DNA from: Takakia lepidozioides
Lineage: Eukaryota > Plantae > Bryophyta
Length of the DNA stretch: 64,000 nt
NCBI GenBank assembly: GCA_030704615.1
Contig: CM060732.1
Span: 55,118,001 to 55,182,000 of the forward strand
Direction: 5' to 3'
The notes under the pieces were generated by a model. The model did not search any database. It had not been told where the DNA came from and worked only from the letters and a program-made list of their open reading frames with translations. Each line of letters opens with the position of its first letter. Within the stretch, counting starts at the first letter, position 1. Shown here piece after piece: positions 1 to 12,166 of the stretch. The position numbers and the translations under genes were made by a program.

Positions 1-834
1 GAGCATGTGGATCACGGGGGCTCGTTATATTCCCCACGCAAGTCAGGATACTAATGCCGCAATTGAATCTTGGCACGGAAATTTGAAGGCTCGTTTACGC
101 TCGGGAAAGCAAAGGCTTGATGGCAGGAGAATCGATTGGCTGATCAGCGAACTCGTGGGTCCTGTTCTAACCCCACTATTGGTATAGAGATAACTTGAAA
201 TCGAAAGGCTTCAAAAGGAATGTACGACAGGAGGAATTTATCAGTAATGTTGTTTGGACTGCAAGGGAGATCCCTGATGTCAATGTTCATTTGCCCACTG
301 TTCCTGGTCATCCGGCGATTGTGGATAGTGTTCTTCGGTCGTCTGGGCTTGTTGCGATTGTCCATGGGCTTTGAAGGGTAACTTGTGCAAACATCAATCC
401 GCGTTCTTCAATTGATGAAGCCAATCTGAAGGAAGGGCTTATTGTGAAGCTCTGTGGCACAAAGCTCGGGACCATTCATGGAGGTCTTCACATGTTGATG
501 AAATCGGAACTTCCAGATATTGATGCAGAGGAGGAAGTTGTGAATCTAGCAGAGCCTACGGAGTGCTCAGCATCATCCCCGCGTGGTCGGCAGGAGCCAT
601 CGTTTTCAATCAATTGAATCTGAGATGAAGTCCCTGTCGCTTCTTGGCAATGAGAGTGAAACAATGCGCAAACATTTGCTTGCCGAGCTTCGTTGTGTTC
701 GTGGGAGGCTGTCCACTTTACAAGTTAGAATCGACAAAGGTCTGTTGCACCCTCTTCAAGTTCCATTCATAAAAAATGATGATGGAAAACATGTCCCTTG
801 CCAGGAAAGTAGATTTTGTAGACCGGTTCCGTAG
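1..834 (+). pseudogene. C-terminal part of a MULE-type transposase with SWIM zinc finger, frameshifted
   Basis: SQDTNAAIESWHGNLK is the catalytic Glu motif of MULE DDE transposases. After frameshifts the sequence reads HYWYRDNLKSKGF and then the SWIM finger CDCPWALKGNLCKH (~351-395). Confidence 0.8.
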
Positions 835-939
835 TAAGTGACCATTGAGTCCATTGGCAATGACACTTACTTTGTGATCACCAAGTTTAATATGAAGTAC
901 ATGTCTGTTCATGGGTTGTTATTCACTTTGCCATTCCAT

Positions 940-2140
940 CCACATTCAACCTATGTAACCCACTCAATGGGACACCCATGGGCCGGGGTGACACACCGCA
1001 GGGTTACACTGTCTGGGGTTTCATAACGTAACATAGCTCTACTTAGTGTAACTTGCATCTGTGGTACTCCACACAGTGTAACACAGATGAGTGTGAACCT
1101 CTTCAGTGTAACTCATTGTGGTGTAACTCCAAGTGTAACTGCAATGTAACTATCAACAGTGTAACCTATGTAACCCCCATAGAATATTGCTGTCAGTGGT
1201 GTAACTCTGAGAACAATGTGACTACAATGTGACTACAGGGTCTGGGTTAGTCTGCCGGGGTTACATGACCCTTCAATACAGAGTGGAAGTCGAGCACCTT
1301 TAGTCACCAACACTAGCCCCTGTATGTGTAACCCCTCTATGTGTACCCAATTTGTGTGTAACCCATGGACGTGTAATCCATGAGATAGATAATCATTCCG
1401 TTCAACCTATGTTATGGACCAGTGTAGCCCTCCGGAGTGTAACTTGTTGTTGTGTAACCCCAAGAAGTATGTATCCCGACCACATGTAACCCCCATTGAT
1501 GTCACCCCATCGCATGTAACCCATTGTACAATTTGGGGTGCACGCTATAAACCCCGATGCTACATCACCCCATCTTATGTATCCCCACGACACGTAGCCC
1601 TTGTATAGGCAACCCTGCCCACTTTTCATTTGCACAGTGTAACTTAGAACTGTGTAACCCTCTTGAGTGAGTGTAACCCAGAGTGTTGTAACTCCAAGAA
1701 GTATGTAGCCCGACCAGATGTTACCCCCACTATTGTGACCCCATCGTATGTAACCCATTGTACATAGCCCTCATGTATGTAACCCCATGTAGTATAAATC
1801 TGAGAACTTCAGTGCACAAACACTTCAGTGCGAAAAAAAATAAAAAATAAAACAATGCGCATAGTCGAGGTGGGGTTACATGCCACGAAAGTATACTGTT
1901 TCAGCAACGTGACCCTGACATAGCCAGGTGTAACCCTATATGTAACCCATAAGTGTAACCCCACGTTGTGAGACCCGGCATGGTGTAACCCATCACTTAT
2001 GTGTGAACCCACAGAGTGTAAGCCCATTGCCCCAGGGCCCAAAGGTGTACCCAAGTACTTGTCTATGATTCCACTTCATGTAACCTTATAAGGTGTAACC
2101 CCATGTAAGCCCATTGCATGAAACCCAAACTGTGAAGTGT
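940..2140 (+). repeat. Array of TGTAACCC-like motifs between the convergent 3' ends, including a degenerate duplication with ~230 bp offset (1437-1530 vs 1637-1763)
   Basis: Dozens of GTAACCC/GTAACT motifs read directly. Confidence 0.85.
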
Positions 2141-3639
2141 TACGAACAAACCACATAGAAGCAAAAATGCATCAAGAGACGCTATTTATTTCTTTGGCCA
2201 TCTGACCAAGTCTTTGTCCATCTCGTCACACAGCCCAACTAATCATATGAGTACGGGAAGCTATCATGGTTGACTCGTTGAACCTTGCAGTAAACGCCCG
2301 CCTATGACGGGTTCGATCTTCTGTGGTTTTCACATTGAACTTCCACTCCAAGTAAAATTGCACAAAACAAAGTGCATAATAGCCGCACTCCCAACAGCTC
2401 CGTTGTTGGGGGACACTGGCCTCAAACCATTCCATCCTCTCCTCTCCATGACGTAACTGAAGTCATCAGATCCAGGCATGAAATCAAAGAACGCTATGGC
2501 AAAATTTCGCAAAATTCCTTCAATGAGTTTGGGTCGGGCAATGGTTTTATGGGAGTCCAAATGTACTATCCGACCTCGGCGCTCTAAAACAGCAACACTC
2601 CAGTGATCACTGCAACACAAACAAAGCCGTTACGTCAGAATAGAAAAAAACATCTCCAATGAAACCCATTGTGGTGTAACCCAACCCAGTAGTGTAACCC
2701 TTTGTACTGTAACTCTAAACGGTGTTACACAACTAGTCAGCAGTCACTAGTGCAACTCAGTCTAGAATAGAGGAGTGTAACCCAACATGCTCAGTCAATG
2801 CTGAAATTACTTACTCGAAGACAATAGGGATGACAACCACGTCCACAAGATCTCGATTCTTTGTGAACACCATCCCTCGGGCATCCTGAGTGTACCATTC
2901 TTGCACCAACCCGAATAGCGTCTGCAGATCGTTACCATTGGTACGCATGACATGCCATTGAAAAGGAGCACAGATGACAAACTCAGGTGCGATAGCCTTA
3001 AACATTTGGCCTCCAGAAGTTTGTTGTAACCCGAGAGCATGCATCTGTGACAGTTGCTCTTATTTTATACATCGGCTCAAAATCTCTTCTCTTCCAAGTA
3101 AAACTGTAACGGACTAGAAGCCAGGAAGGCATCGCCATAATAAAACTTCACTTCGGGCGCCCCAGGAGGGTCCGACACCATTCTGAACTTTGTCAAGTAC
3201 CGTTGTTTTAGTCTGCACAACAAACCGCACATTACGAACATTACGATGCATCATACAAGAGTTATAATCAATATTCAAAATCAGAGAGGATCAAAGTACA
3301 ATGAGGTACCTCGAACGCTCCCGCAAGTGCTTGGCAGGACCTCTTGCTGCTGGACAACGTCAACCTCCGAGACCCCTGCACTTTTGCCTTTCGGTTTGGT
3401 TCGCTGTTTTTTGGGTGCGACAAGAACAGATACTTCTTTGTCAGCGCTAGGGGGTTCAGCCAACCGCTTTCTTTGAGCAGGCGGCCGTTTTGACCACCTC
3501 CTGGGATTCTCTGCAACCCTGACAATGCCGCCGAGGGGGAATTTCTGAGCCAGAGGTGCCTTGTTCTGAGTTTGCTGCAAGTGCTGAAGACTGCACTCCT
3601 CTCGTCTGAGACGTGCTGGGAAGGTGATTGACCAAGGGC

Positions 3640-4650
3640 AGAAGTGTCACAGCTCACCTCCTCGGTGCTACCCTGTCAGTGTACCCTTCTGTTCAAACCC
3701 CCTTGTCACGCTTCTTAGTGTCACCCTTCTCTTCGGCTACCTCAGTGTCACCTTCTCAGTGTCACCCTTCTCTTCGGCTTCCTTCTCAATGTCACCCTTC
3801 TTCTTCCTCAGTGTCACTCTTCTTAGTGTCACCCTTCTCTTTTCCTCAGAGTCACGCATCTCAGTGTCACCCTTCTCTCCGGCTACCTTCTCAGTGTCAC
3901 AGGATTATCAGTGTCACTCTTCGCAGTGTCACATCGGGTTCCTTCCGTGTCACTCTGCTGAGTAACAATCTTATGTGTGTCACCCTTGGCAGTGTCACTC
4001 TTCAGTGTCTAGATGCTCCGCAACATCCTTCTCTTCGTGACTCTCCACAGTGAAACGCTTCTCAGTGTGACCCTGCTTTGTGTCACCCTTCCAACTGACA
4101 ACCTCCTCGGTGACACCCTTCCCGTGTCACCCATGTCGATGTCACTCTTCTTTGCATCAACCTCCTCAATGCCATCCTTGTTGTGTCGCCCTTCTCCGCA
4201 CCCTCCAAGACCATGTTGACTAGCAGAAGACCGTCATCCGTCGCGACTAGTGGCCGTGGCAAAGGAGTGTCACCTTCCACGACTAGTGGTAGTGGAATGT
4301 CATCCATGACAGTGTTACACTCACTGACATCTACCATGTGGGTTGGCTGTGGGGTGTCACCCCTATCAGTGTAACCCATGTCAATGTCACTCTCAAACGA
4401 AGTTGCAGTGTTCACGGGCAATGGTGTGTCACCCACGACAATGTCCCTCACGACATTGTCAGCCACACGGTATCCGTAGTGTCACCTGAGGTGCAGTGTA
4501 ACCCTCCTTCCCTGTTGCTCCTCTCTGCACAGTGTCACCCTGAGGTGCAGTGTAACCCTCCTTCCCTGTTGCTCCTCTCTGCACAGTGTCACCCTCAGGT
4601 GCAGTGTAACCCTCGGTTTCAGGGCATCCTCCCCTTGCAGTGTCACCCTG
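3640..4650 (+). repeat. AGTGTCACCC(T) minisatellite within coding exons, including a 54-bp tandem unit (4478-4614)
   Basis: The unit agtgtcaccctgaggtgcagtgtaaccctccttccctgttgctcctctctgcac occurs about 2.5 times and encodes EGYTAPxGDTVQRGATGK on the minus strand. Confidence 0.85.
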
Positions 4651-5254
4651 CGCATCAATGGGACCCACGAAGGCTGGGTCATTCTGAGAGAGGTTGACCA
4701 CATGATCCTGACAAATACTTACATTGCTGCATCGAGGGTTCAACCCAGCATCTCCAGATTCAAAGTCATACACAGACTCTGGGTCAAGCGGGTCCCCGAT
4801 TCTTCGATTAAGACCTTCAAAAGAAATGACTGGGGCTGCGGACAAAGAGGTTCGCACTTGGGTGTTCCACCTTGATGTATCATCTTCAGTATCAGTATCA
4901 GAATTCATGGGCAAATCCCGCGTCAAGTCTGCTAGGTTTCACCCTAAGTGCAGCTGGGTTGAGTACAATTCACCACCTGCGACAAAGATACAACGGCAGA
5001 TTGACTTGGAATGATGTCCTCGTCATGTACATCGTCGCTCTGCGGGGCGGAAATTGGCCCATCGCTCGTCTGCGCGCCCCCTACGCCCCCTGTATCGCAT
5101 TGTGGAGGGGCCCCATACACAACTTCGTGAAGCTCACGTTGAGCCTCAAAAAGGTTTTTGAACGCATTGGCGACTTGATTGGTCATGAGCTCGGACTCAT
5201 CTGCATCGGGGAAAAGACAAAGGTTTTTAGTCGTGGAACGAGGTTTTTGAAAGT

Positions 5255-5625
5255 GCAAGGGTTACACTATGTAAGGGTTACACTGACTAGGACAAGACAG
5301 TGGTTCGGATTACACGATGTGGGTTACACCACCCTGTTAGAGACAGTAGTTTGCAATGGGTTACACTACCATGGGTTACACTACTGAGATTACACAACGA
5401 GAGGGTAACAAATCTAGGGTAACACAGCGAGGGGTACCATTAGGGGTACACTGATTACAGGGTTACGGGTTACACTGGTTACACTTGAGTACAAGGTTCC
5501 ACATTACACTGATTACAGGGTTACACACAACGAGGGTTACACTGAGTTACAAGGTTCCACATAGCGAGGGTTACAATGATTACAAGATTACACACAAAGG
5601 GGTTACACGACGAGAGGGGTGACAG
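5255..5625 (+). repeat. Intronic GGGTTACAC motif array
   Basis: Read directly; lies between exons of the passenger gene. A similar array sits at 6500-6700. Confidence 0.85.
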
Positions 5626-7854
5626 TGGATGGAGTAACACTTACAGAGATACCAAGGCACTACAGACCCAAGGTCTCTCATATACTGGATGCCCAAACGC
5701 GCATTGAAGTCCATTTCTGTTGGTGATTCGCTGAAGAGGCCACAACACCAAAGCTGGATAAACGATTCTCTCTGTTGGATCGCAAAGTGATGGGCGGCGC
5801 GACGACGGCTTGCCTTGCAAAACTGTATAGCTCCGTTGATCCGGTCACCCCACTCTTCTGTACTCAAACTCGATCTTAAGTCTTCGAGCTCAGAATCCAA
5901 GGTCGCAATTCCGTCACCAGGTTGTGCAAAGTACATCAGACTAAAGCCGTAATACTCATCGACCAGGTCCTTCACCTTTGAGGCCGTAAGAGCACTTTCC
6001 AGAAGTTCAGTCGTGAACCCCAACCTGGGATGCGTTTGGGAAACTGACCTGCCATGATTTCTTACATCGTTGTGGGCCAGAATTCTCAAAAGGAGTGGTG
6101 GCGGTCCAATGTGCGGTTTGGTGAGATTCTCCATTTGACTGATCAATCCTTCGGCAAAACCACGAGTGAATTCCAACGGATGTGGAACAACCAAACCTTT
6201 GATTCCATCTACAGTAATAGTGATGACAAGAGATTTGAAGTTCTGGCATCGTCAAGGTCGGTATTGCCAACAGCTAGTTCGTCCATCGTGTCATCATCAT
6301 GTGAGGCTTGGCTCTCTCGATGGACTCGTGTAAGTCGAAATGGGATGCCCAATGCTCTCTAAATACTCCTTCACCCGATTCAATTCCTCTATCATTAACG
6401 GACCATGATCCGGCTGGGCAGTAAACGCCTTGTGGGCAGCAACAACACTGTCCATATCATCGCTTCTAAGATGATATCGAGCTCCCTGCGCAATACAGCG
6501 TGAGGGGTTACACCAGAGAAAAAGGTTACAGCACGAGGGGTTACACATGAAAATGGGTTACAAACAAGATGGGCTACACGGGGTTACACAGAGGTGGGTT
6601 ACACACCATAGGGGTTTTTAAAAGGGGTCCTCTGTAGGTGGGTTACACTCTGGTTACACGCCACAGGAGAGACAGGGGGGGTAACACAAGGGGTTACATG
6701 GATAGACAACAACCCAAAATTTGAAAAACAGAGAAATGGCAGGGAATCCAACTTGATTGTCTGTCGATAGAACCCAACTTGATTTTGCAGCTGTCGCATG
6801 GACTGCGCCCTCGCCTCGCGCAACAAATTCTTGGAATGCCGGCCAAAACCCCTCTCATTGACATTCGGAAATGGGAACTGAGGAATAAGGCCATGCGGTA
6901 GCAGAAGGATTGAGCCTGGAGTTTCTTTCGCAAGATGAACCTTGAGCTCCGGTTTCCCCGGTTTCCAATGTTGATTTTCTTTGCAATAGGGACAGGTAGA
7001 GGCGGGCTCAATCGCCGCTTGTCTCTCTCGTTAGAAACCTGCCGAATAGAAGGACCAGGGACAGAAACAGCAGGAGCACTAGAAGATGGAACCTCTGTAG
7101 CAGAAATAGCCGAAGAAGGTACAACAGCAGGCACTTCAATAGGATCTGCAATCTCACCCAAAGCCACCCTATTTTGCAGAATCCATGCATGATATGCATC
7201 AACAGAAGAAGCTGGAACAGAATTCATCACATTTTCAACAGCCATGGCATGCTTGAGCTCCGCATCAGGAAACGGTTTTGTTCCTTTCGGTCTGGCCATA
7301 CATGCGGCCGTTCCATCGACAATATGCCGATTCAATCTGCTCTTATCTACCTTTACTGCCCCACAATAAGGACATTTGAACTTAGGCCGGCCCTTTGCTC
7401 CCTCCACCTTGGCCTCTCTACACCTGGTGTGGCAGTACGCGATCATTGTAGCATGCTCATGCTCAGTGTACCAAAAGCGAACTCGTTCGCCATCCCTTTT
7501 CAAGTGATCAAATGGAATAGTAGCCTCTCCAGGGAACAAATAACAATCAGCCATGACAAAAGAAAAAGCTGACAGAAGAGAAGAGAAGAGCAAGAGCAAG
7601 AAAGACAAGACAAGAAACCAAGACCAAGAGAATTCCTAAGAACGCACAACAGGGAGCACGACAGCAAGGAGTGCAAGAAGAATATGAAAGACTGCGAGAA
7701 GGGGAAAACTGAACAATGTCAAAGAACGAAGAACGAAGCTAGCTAGATGTCACCCGTAAGGCACGTCGGTTAAGCGAAAGACGGCGGTTCATAAAATTCT
7801 GGCGGCTTGCAATCAATTATATCCGCACTGACTCACACGTGTATGAGTTGCAAT

Positions 7855-8260
7855 CCCGGTGTCACCCGGAATAGCGGAGTGTAACCCGTTAACCTACACT
7901 GTGACGGAGCGACAAACCGGCCGTTACCCGCATGCCAGGCACGTCGAGTGTAACCCTCGTCAGGCAGGTACCCACATATGATGTAACCCTTGTCACAACC
8001 TCATGTACCCCTAGTCTATGTGACTCCCGAACACAACATCGATGTAACCCTGTCATATCAAACCATTAGTATGCAACCTCCAGGTAACATGGTCAATGTA
8101 ATGCCCCACCCATGTAACCCTAAGCCTATGGCTCCGCGAGCGCAACATCCACGTAACCCATCAAACATGTCAACCCCCATCTAAACCTCCATTACTAAAC
8201 CGTCTACCAAGCTAGCATGTATTGAGAAAGAAACACCGTGTAACCCCCTGTGTGTAACCA
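7855..8260 (+). repeat. TGTAACCC motif array upstream of the passenger gene
   Basis: Read directly. Confidence 0.75.
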
Positions 8261-8849
8261 TAGCACACGTGAGGAAGTCATATAAACATCAGACATGTAA
8301 CCGGTTGACAGTGCTTGCAAAACACGCATGATTCGATACGTATTGCATCCATAATAGCGATGAGTAGGCTGCCCCGGCTGGTGTGTGAAACAAAAGATAC
8401 ACGAGAGGAGAGTGAATGGCACCCCGTCAAATGAGCGGCTGCTTGCATGGTTTAGACCGAAAGAAACAAAACCCTTCCTAATGCGGATCTTAGGAATACC
8501 CTAGCCATCGGGGACGGTGACAAAACAACAAGAATGACATTGAGAAAGAAAAAGAATAGAGACAACCGTATCAATCGTAGAGAAAAACGTAGTAGTAATA
8601 GATTTGACGGATCGCTGCGCGAAAAGCGTTGTCTTGTATGTTGCTGGGATGACGATACTGACTGAATGAACTACAAATCTTTCGCATTGATGTGTGAAGC
8701 CGATTGGGCACCATGGGAATTGCAGAAAGCTGATGCCCCAAGCAAAAAAACGAGCGAGCTAGGAATTCTGAAAAACGGATGGAGAGAGCAAATAGGGTTT
8801 GACCTCTATTTAAACCTCCATTCGGCCGTCGGATAGTTTACACGTGTAT

Positions 8850-9635
8850 GATGTTACAGAGGGTTACATGGTGGTGAGGGTTACAGAGGGTCAGAGAGGG
8901 TTACATGGAGTGAGGGTTACATAGGGGTGAGGGTGACACTCTGCGTGTACAGAGGGTTACATGGTGGTGAGGGTTACAAAGGGTCACAGAGGGTTACATG
9001 GGTTATAGAGGGTTACATGGAGTGAGGGTTACATAAGGGGTGAGGGCGACACTCTGCGGTGTTACAGAGGGTTACATAGGTTACAAAGCCACAGAGGGTT
9101 TGTGAGGGTTACATGGAGTGAGGGTTACATGGTGGCGAGGGTGACACTCTGCGGTGTTACAGAGGGTTACATGGTGGTAAGGGTTACACCTGGTGAGGGA
9201 TATAGAGGGTCGCAGAGGGTTACATGGGTTACAGAGGGTTACATGGTGGTGAGGGTTACAGAGGGTTACATGGAGTGAGGGTTACATATGGGTGAGGGTG
9301 ACACTCTGCGGTGTTTACAGAGGGTTACATGGTGGTGAGGGTTACAAAGGGTCACAGAGGGTTACATGGGTTACAGAGGGTTACATAGGGTTACATGGGT
9401 TGCAAAGTGTTACAGAGGGTTACATGTAGTGAGGGTTACATAGGGGTGGGGGTGACACTCTGCGGTGTTATAGAGGGTTACATGGGTTACAGAGGGTTAC
9501 ATGGTGGTGAGGGTTACAGAGGGTCATGGGGTTATATGGGTTACAGAGGGTTACATGGTGGTGTGGGTTACACTCGGCGGAGTTACAGAGGGTTACATGG
9601 GGGTGATGGTTGAACCCGGGGCGGGGGTTACAGGG
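8850..9635 (+). repeat. Subterminal G-rich minisatellite built from AGAGGGTTACA / TGGTGGTGAGGGTTACA / GGTGACACTCTGCGGTGTTAC modules
   Basis: About 780 bp of near-continuous GGGTTACA units. Confidence 0.9.
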
Positions 9636-11079
9636 AACTGGCGGACTGCTGGAAGCGGCGGAATGGTGCGCAGAACGACGACGCAGGGGGCGACGACGCC
9701 GATGGGATGAGGGCGGGGGTGGGGAGGGATTGACCGAGCCCAGCCGGCTGCCTTTTGACGTCTGCCGGAGGCGAAGAACCGGCGGTACGGGTGTCAGGGC
9801 TGGACCGTCCTGACGCGCTTGCATTAAGTTCTTACATTATTCCTATTATCTTCCGTTTCTTAAAGGTGTGAGAATTTGGTAGAATTTACAAGTTTCAATG
9901 TAAGAAGGTAGACCATGTTGTCATAAGTTTAAATGCAGTTGGAACCCTTAAGAAAATATTAAGAATGTACATAGAAAAAATCTACTTCCTCAAAATCCGA
10001 AATGGGTCTCTCAGGTTGAATCAAAGATGGAAGCATATAAGTTAATTCTTAAAATTTGGAGGGGACCTCCAAATTGCATTGCCAGCCGGGACCTCCTTAA
10101 GGGGAAAAACAAATCATATAAAACAATTTAAAAATATATTAAAAAATATTTGGTCAACATTCAAGTGGACAAACTTTAACCTGGCATGCCAGTAACCATT
10201 GGGGGTATATTTGACCATTAAATTAATTATCAATTAATCATCCAGAAGTGGTTGATTTAGTGGGGATTGAAGATAATGTAGATAAAAAACAAAATTAAAA
10301 AAAATGTATTGGGGGTTGTAGATGATAGATAGTTGATTACATGATCGACGGTTTTGTATTCCGTTGTGGTCCCGACGTTCAGACTGCTGACTTGCTGTTT
10401 ACATGCAAAGGACGGATGGATGGTCCTTCAACGTTTTCATCCACATTTTGTAACCTTTTTGTTCTCGGAGTTCCCAACGACGTCGGACTTCTTATTTCCT
10501 GAACGGCCCGCTCTCTGCCTTCTCCCTTTGGTTGGCATGGCCATCGAACCGGCTTGGGGCCATTCAAGCTGAGACCTGCCCTACAATTCACGGATTGCCT
10601 TTGTCTCTCTAGCCTCTCCGGGAGAAAGTGAGAGAGGGCATCCAAAGCGCGACAATGGCTTTTCTTACCCGAGTGCATTGTTCTCGAAAGGATTGAATGG
10701 CGGCGATGTTTTTTCCCAAGGGGCGGACTCTCACACACCGCTCAGGTTCTGGCTTTGACGCGAGCACGGTCGACGTGCTGGAACCCCAATTTGCCAAGAT
10801 ATTAGTGACCCCTCATTTTCTAAAACTCATATCTTCCTGCTTGTTGCACGAAATGCAACTTTGCCCCCACTTGTAGAGGCTCTGCCTCTGGAATGTGTTA
10901 ATTTGGGTAACATCTGCAAAAGTTGTAAGCAAAAAAGTACCCAATGAAACCGGAATCAGGCTCCATAGGCAGTTAAGGGTTAGGCTCAATGCAAATGGCG
11001 AAATATTGGCTTTGAGAGTGAGTGACTTCAGCCTGCCTTGCTGTCTTAAGGTTTGTCACTCACTCTCTCTTCCTTTATT

Positions 11080-11340
11080 GCCCTCTATACTGAGATCCGT
11101 GGGAGATTCAACGGTCTAATCCGTGGAACCCAATCTCTCACTGAAGTCTTCCACTATGAGGATCAGAAATGCTGGCAGCTTATCTGTATGAGGCCTTGAC
11201 CCTTAGGCAATCCCTTGAGCAGTAGTTGCTTTTGGGCTGCTTATGGCTGCGGTTTTTTCTCTTCTTTCTCCTTTTGTCCAATAAGCTCTTTGAGCTTTCC
11301 GCAGACGTTATAAAGTACCATTTCATTTCATTTCATTTCT
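11080..11340 (+). mobile_element. LINE family A 3' end (ORF2 C-terminus, 3' UTR and (ATTTC)n tail), 5'-truncated
   Basis: Ends ...gacgttataaagtaccatttcatttcatttcatttc; homologous to the copy at 29142-29400. Confidence 0.75.
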
Positions 11341-11499
11341 CTCTCAAAGATCTGAATCTAAGTCCCAAAGTCTTGACTGTCCTGGATAAATCTGACTTAA
11401 GGCTGGCCATGTCGGTTGCCAGGAAATTGTCTGATGAAAACAGGCAGAAAACTTCCCTGAACTTGTTTCCAGTCTGTGCTATTGGGGAGGCCATCACGG

Positions 11500-11880
11500 A
11501 TGACCTCAAGGGTTTACCCACTCTTGGCACTAGACTGAAATTTAAACTCAGGGCGGGAAGTCCATCTTTGAACAGCAAACAGATGCAAAGAGGAAAGGGG
11601 CATTGCAACCTGAACACAATATTCATTTTCTGATTCATGGTCCTGGGTACTTTCATTTCCATCAAGGGATTTTTACCTGTACCTCTGTTTACCAACTTCG
11701 TTATTGGGCAAATCACACACAGCAGATTGATGCTTGTTCTAGAGGATATCTCGAAAACTCGGATCAATTGTCCGTTCCAAGGTAAGTCATACTACCGGCT
11801 GACCTCAAACTGGGCGCAATGGCCACAAGGCTACGGCAAACCACGTCTTATGAGTACACTCACTCTCTCTCAAAGATGCA
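11500..11880 (+). mobile_element. LINE family B 3' remnant
   Basis: GTRLKFKLRAGSPSLN and PEHNIHFLIH motifs; homologous to 33490-33830 and 49350-49815. Confidence 0.65.
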
Positions 11881-12166
11881 ATTGATCTTCTGGGATCATG
11901 TAGATGCAAAGTCTAAATACCATGAAGATCGTCGACATAGACACAGAAAACTGCCAGGATGAAATAGTTGATAACTCAATCACTTTATAGTGCAGCCTTA
12001 AAAAGCACAGCAGCTTTTTGTGCCAGTACAACACCTCAAAAAATCAGTCCTTCAACCAGCACTCAACAAACATCTTGGAAGAACTGGACATGCTCTGCTT
12101 AGAATCCCAACCCTCCCAGAAATTCACCGAATGGATCCTTGCGGATATGGCGGCGAAGTGCCTCAT

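Larger units (their letters stand above)
2226..7554 (-). pseudogene. Multi-exon transposon passenger gene: N-terminal C2H2-like zinc finger, low-complexity GDT-repeat linker, C-terminal Ulp1/C48 SUMO-protease-like domain; disrupted
   Basis: ATG at 7554 (MADCYLF) and CPYCGAVKVDKSRLNRH finger. The C-terminal exons read VVIPIVFE / DHWSVAVL...IVHLDS...PQQRSCWECGYY, the His-Asp-Gln-Cys order of C48 proteases. Several frameshifts and stops, e.g. a 5-bp duplication at ~2437-2446. Confidence 0.7.
1..9830. mobile_element. Decayed Mutator-like (MULE) DNA transposon carrying a Ulp1-like protease passenger gene; left end lies outside the window, right end approximate
   Basis: Transposase remnant at 1-834, convergent Ulp1 gene at 2226-7554, and dense TGTAACCC/GGGTTACA repeats that end by ~9635. 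A GC-rich tip follows, then an abrupt switch to AT-rich DNA at ~9830. MULEs carrying Ulp1 genes (Kaonashi type) are established in plants. Confidence 0.7.

Noticed and set aside
8850-9635. CRISPR array or true telomere
   Set aside because: No unique spacers and a eukaryotic context; the unit is not TTTAGGG and the array is internal.
9850-11000. Gene or defined transposon in the AT-rich to GC-moderate stretch
   Set aside because: No coherent ORF, terminal repeats or target duplication could be supported.
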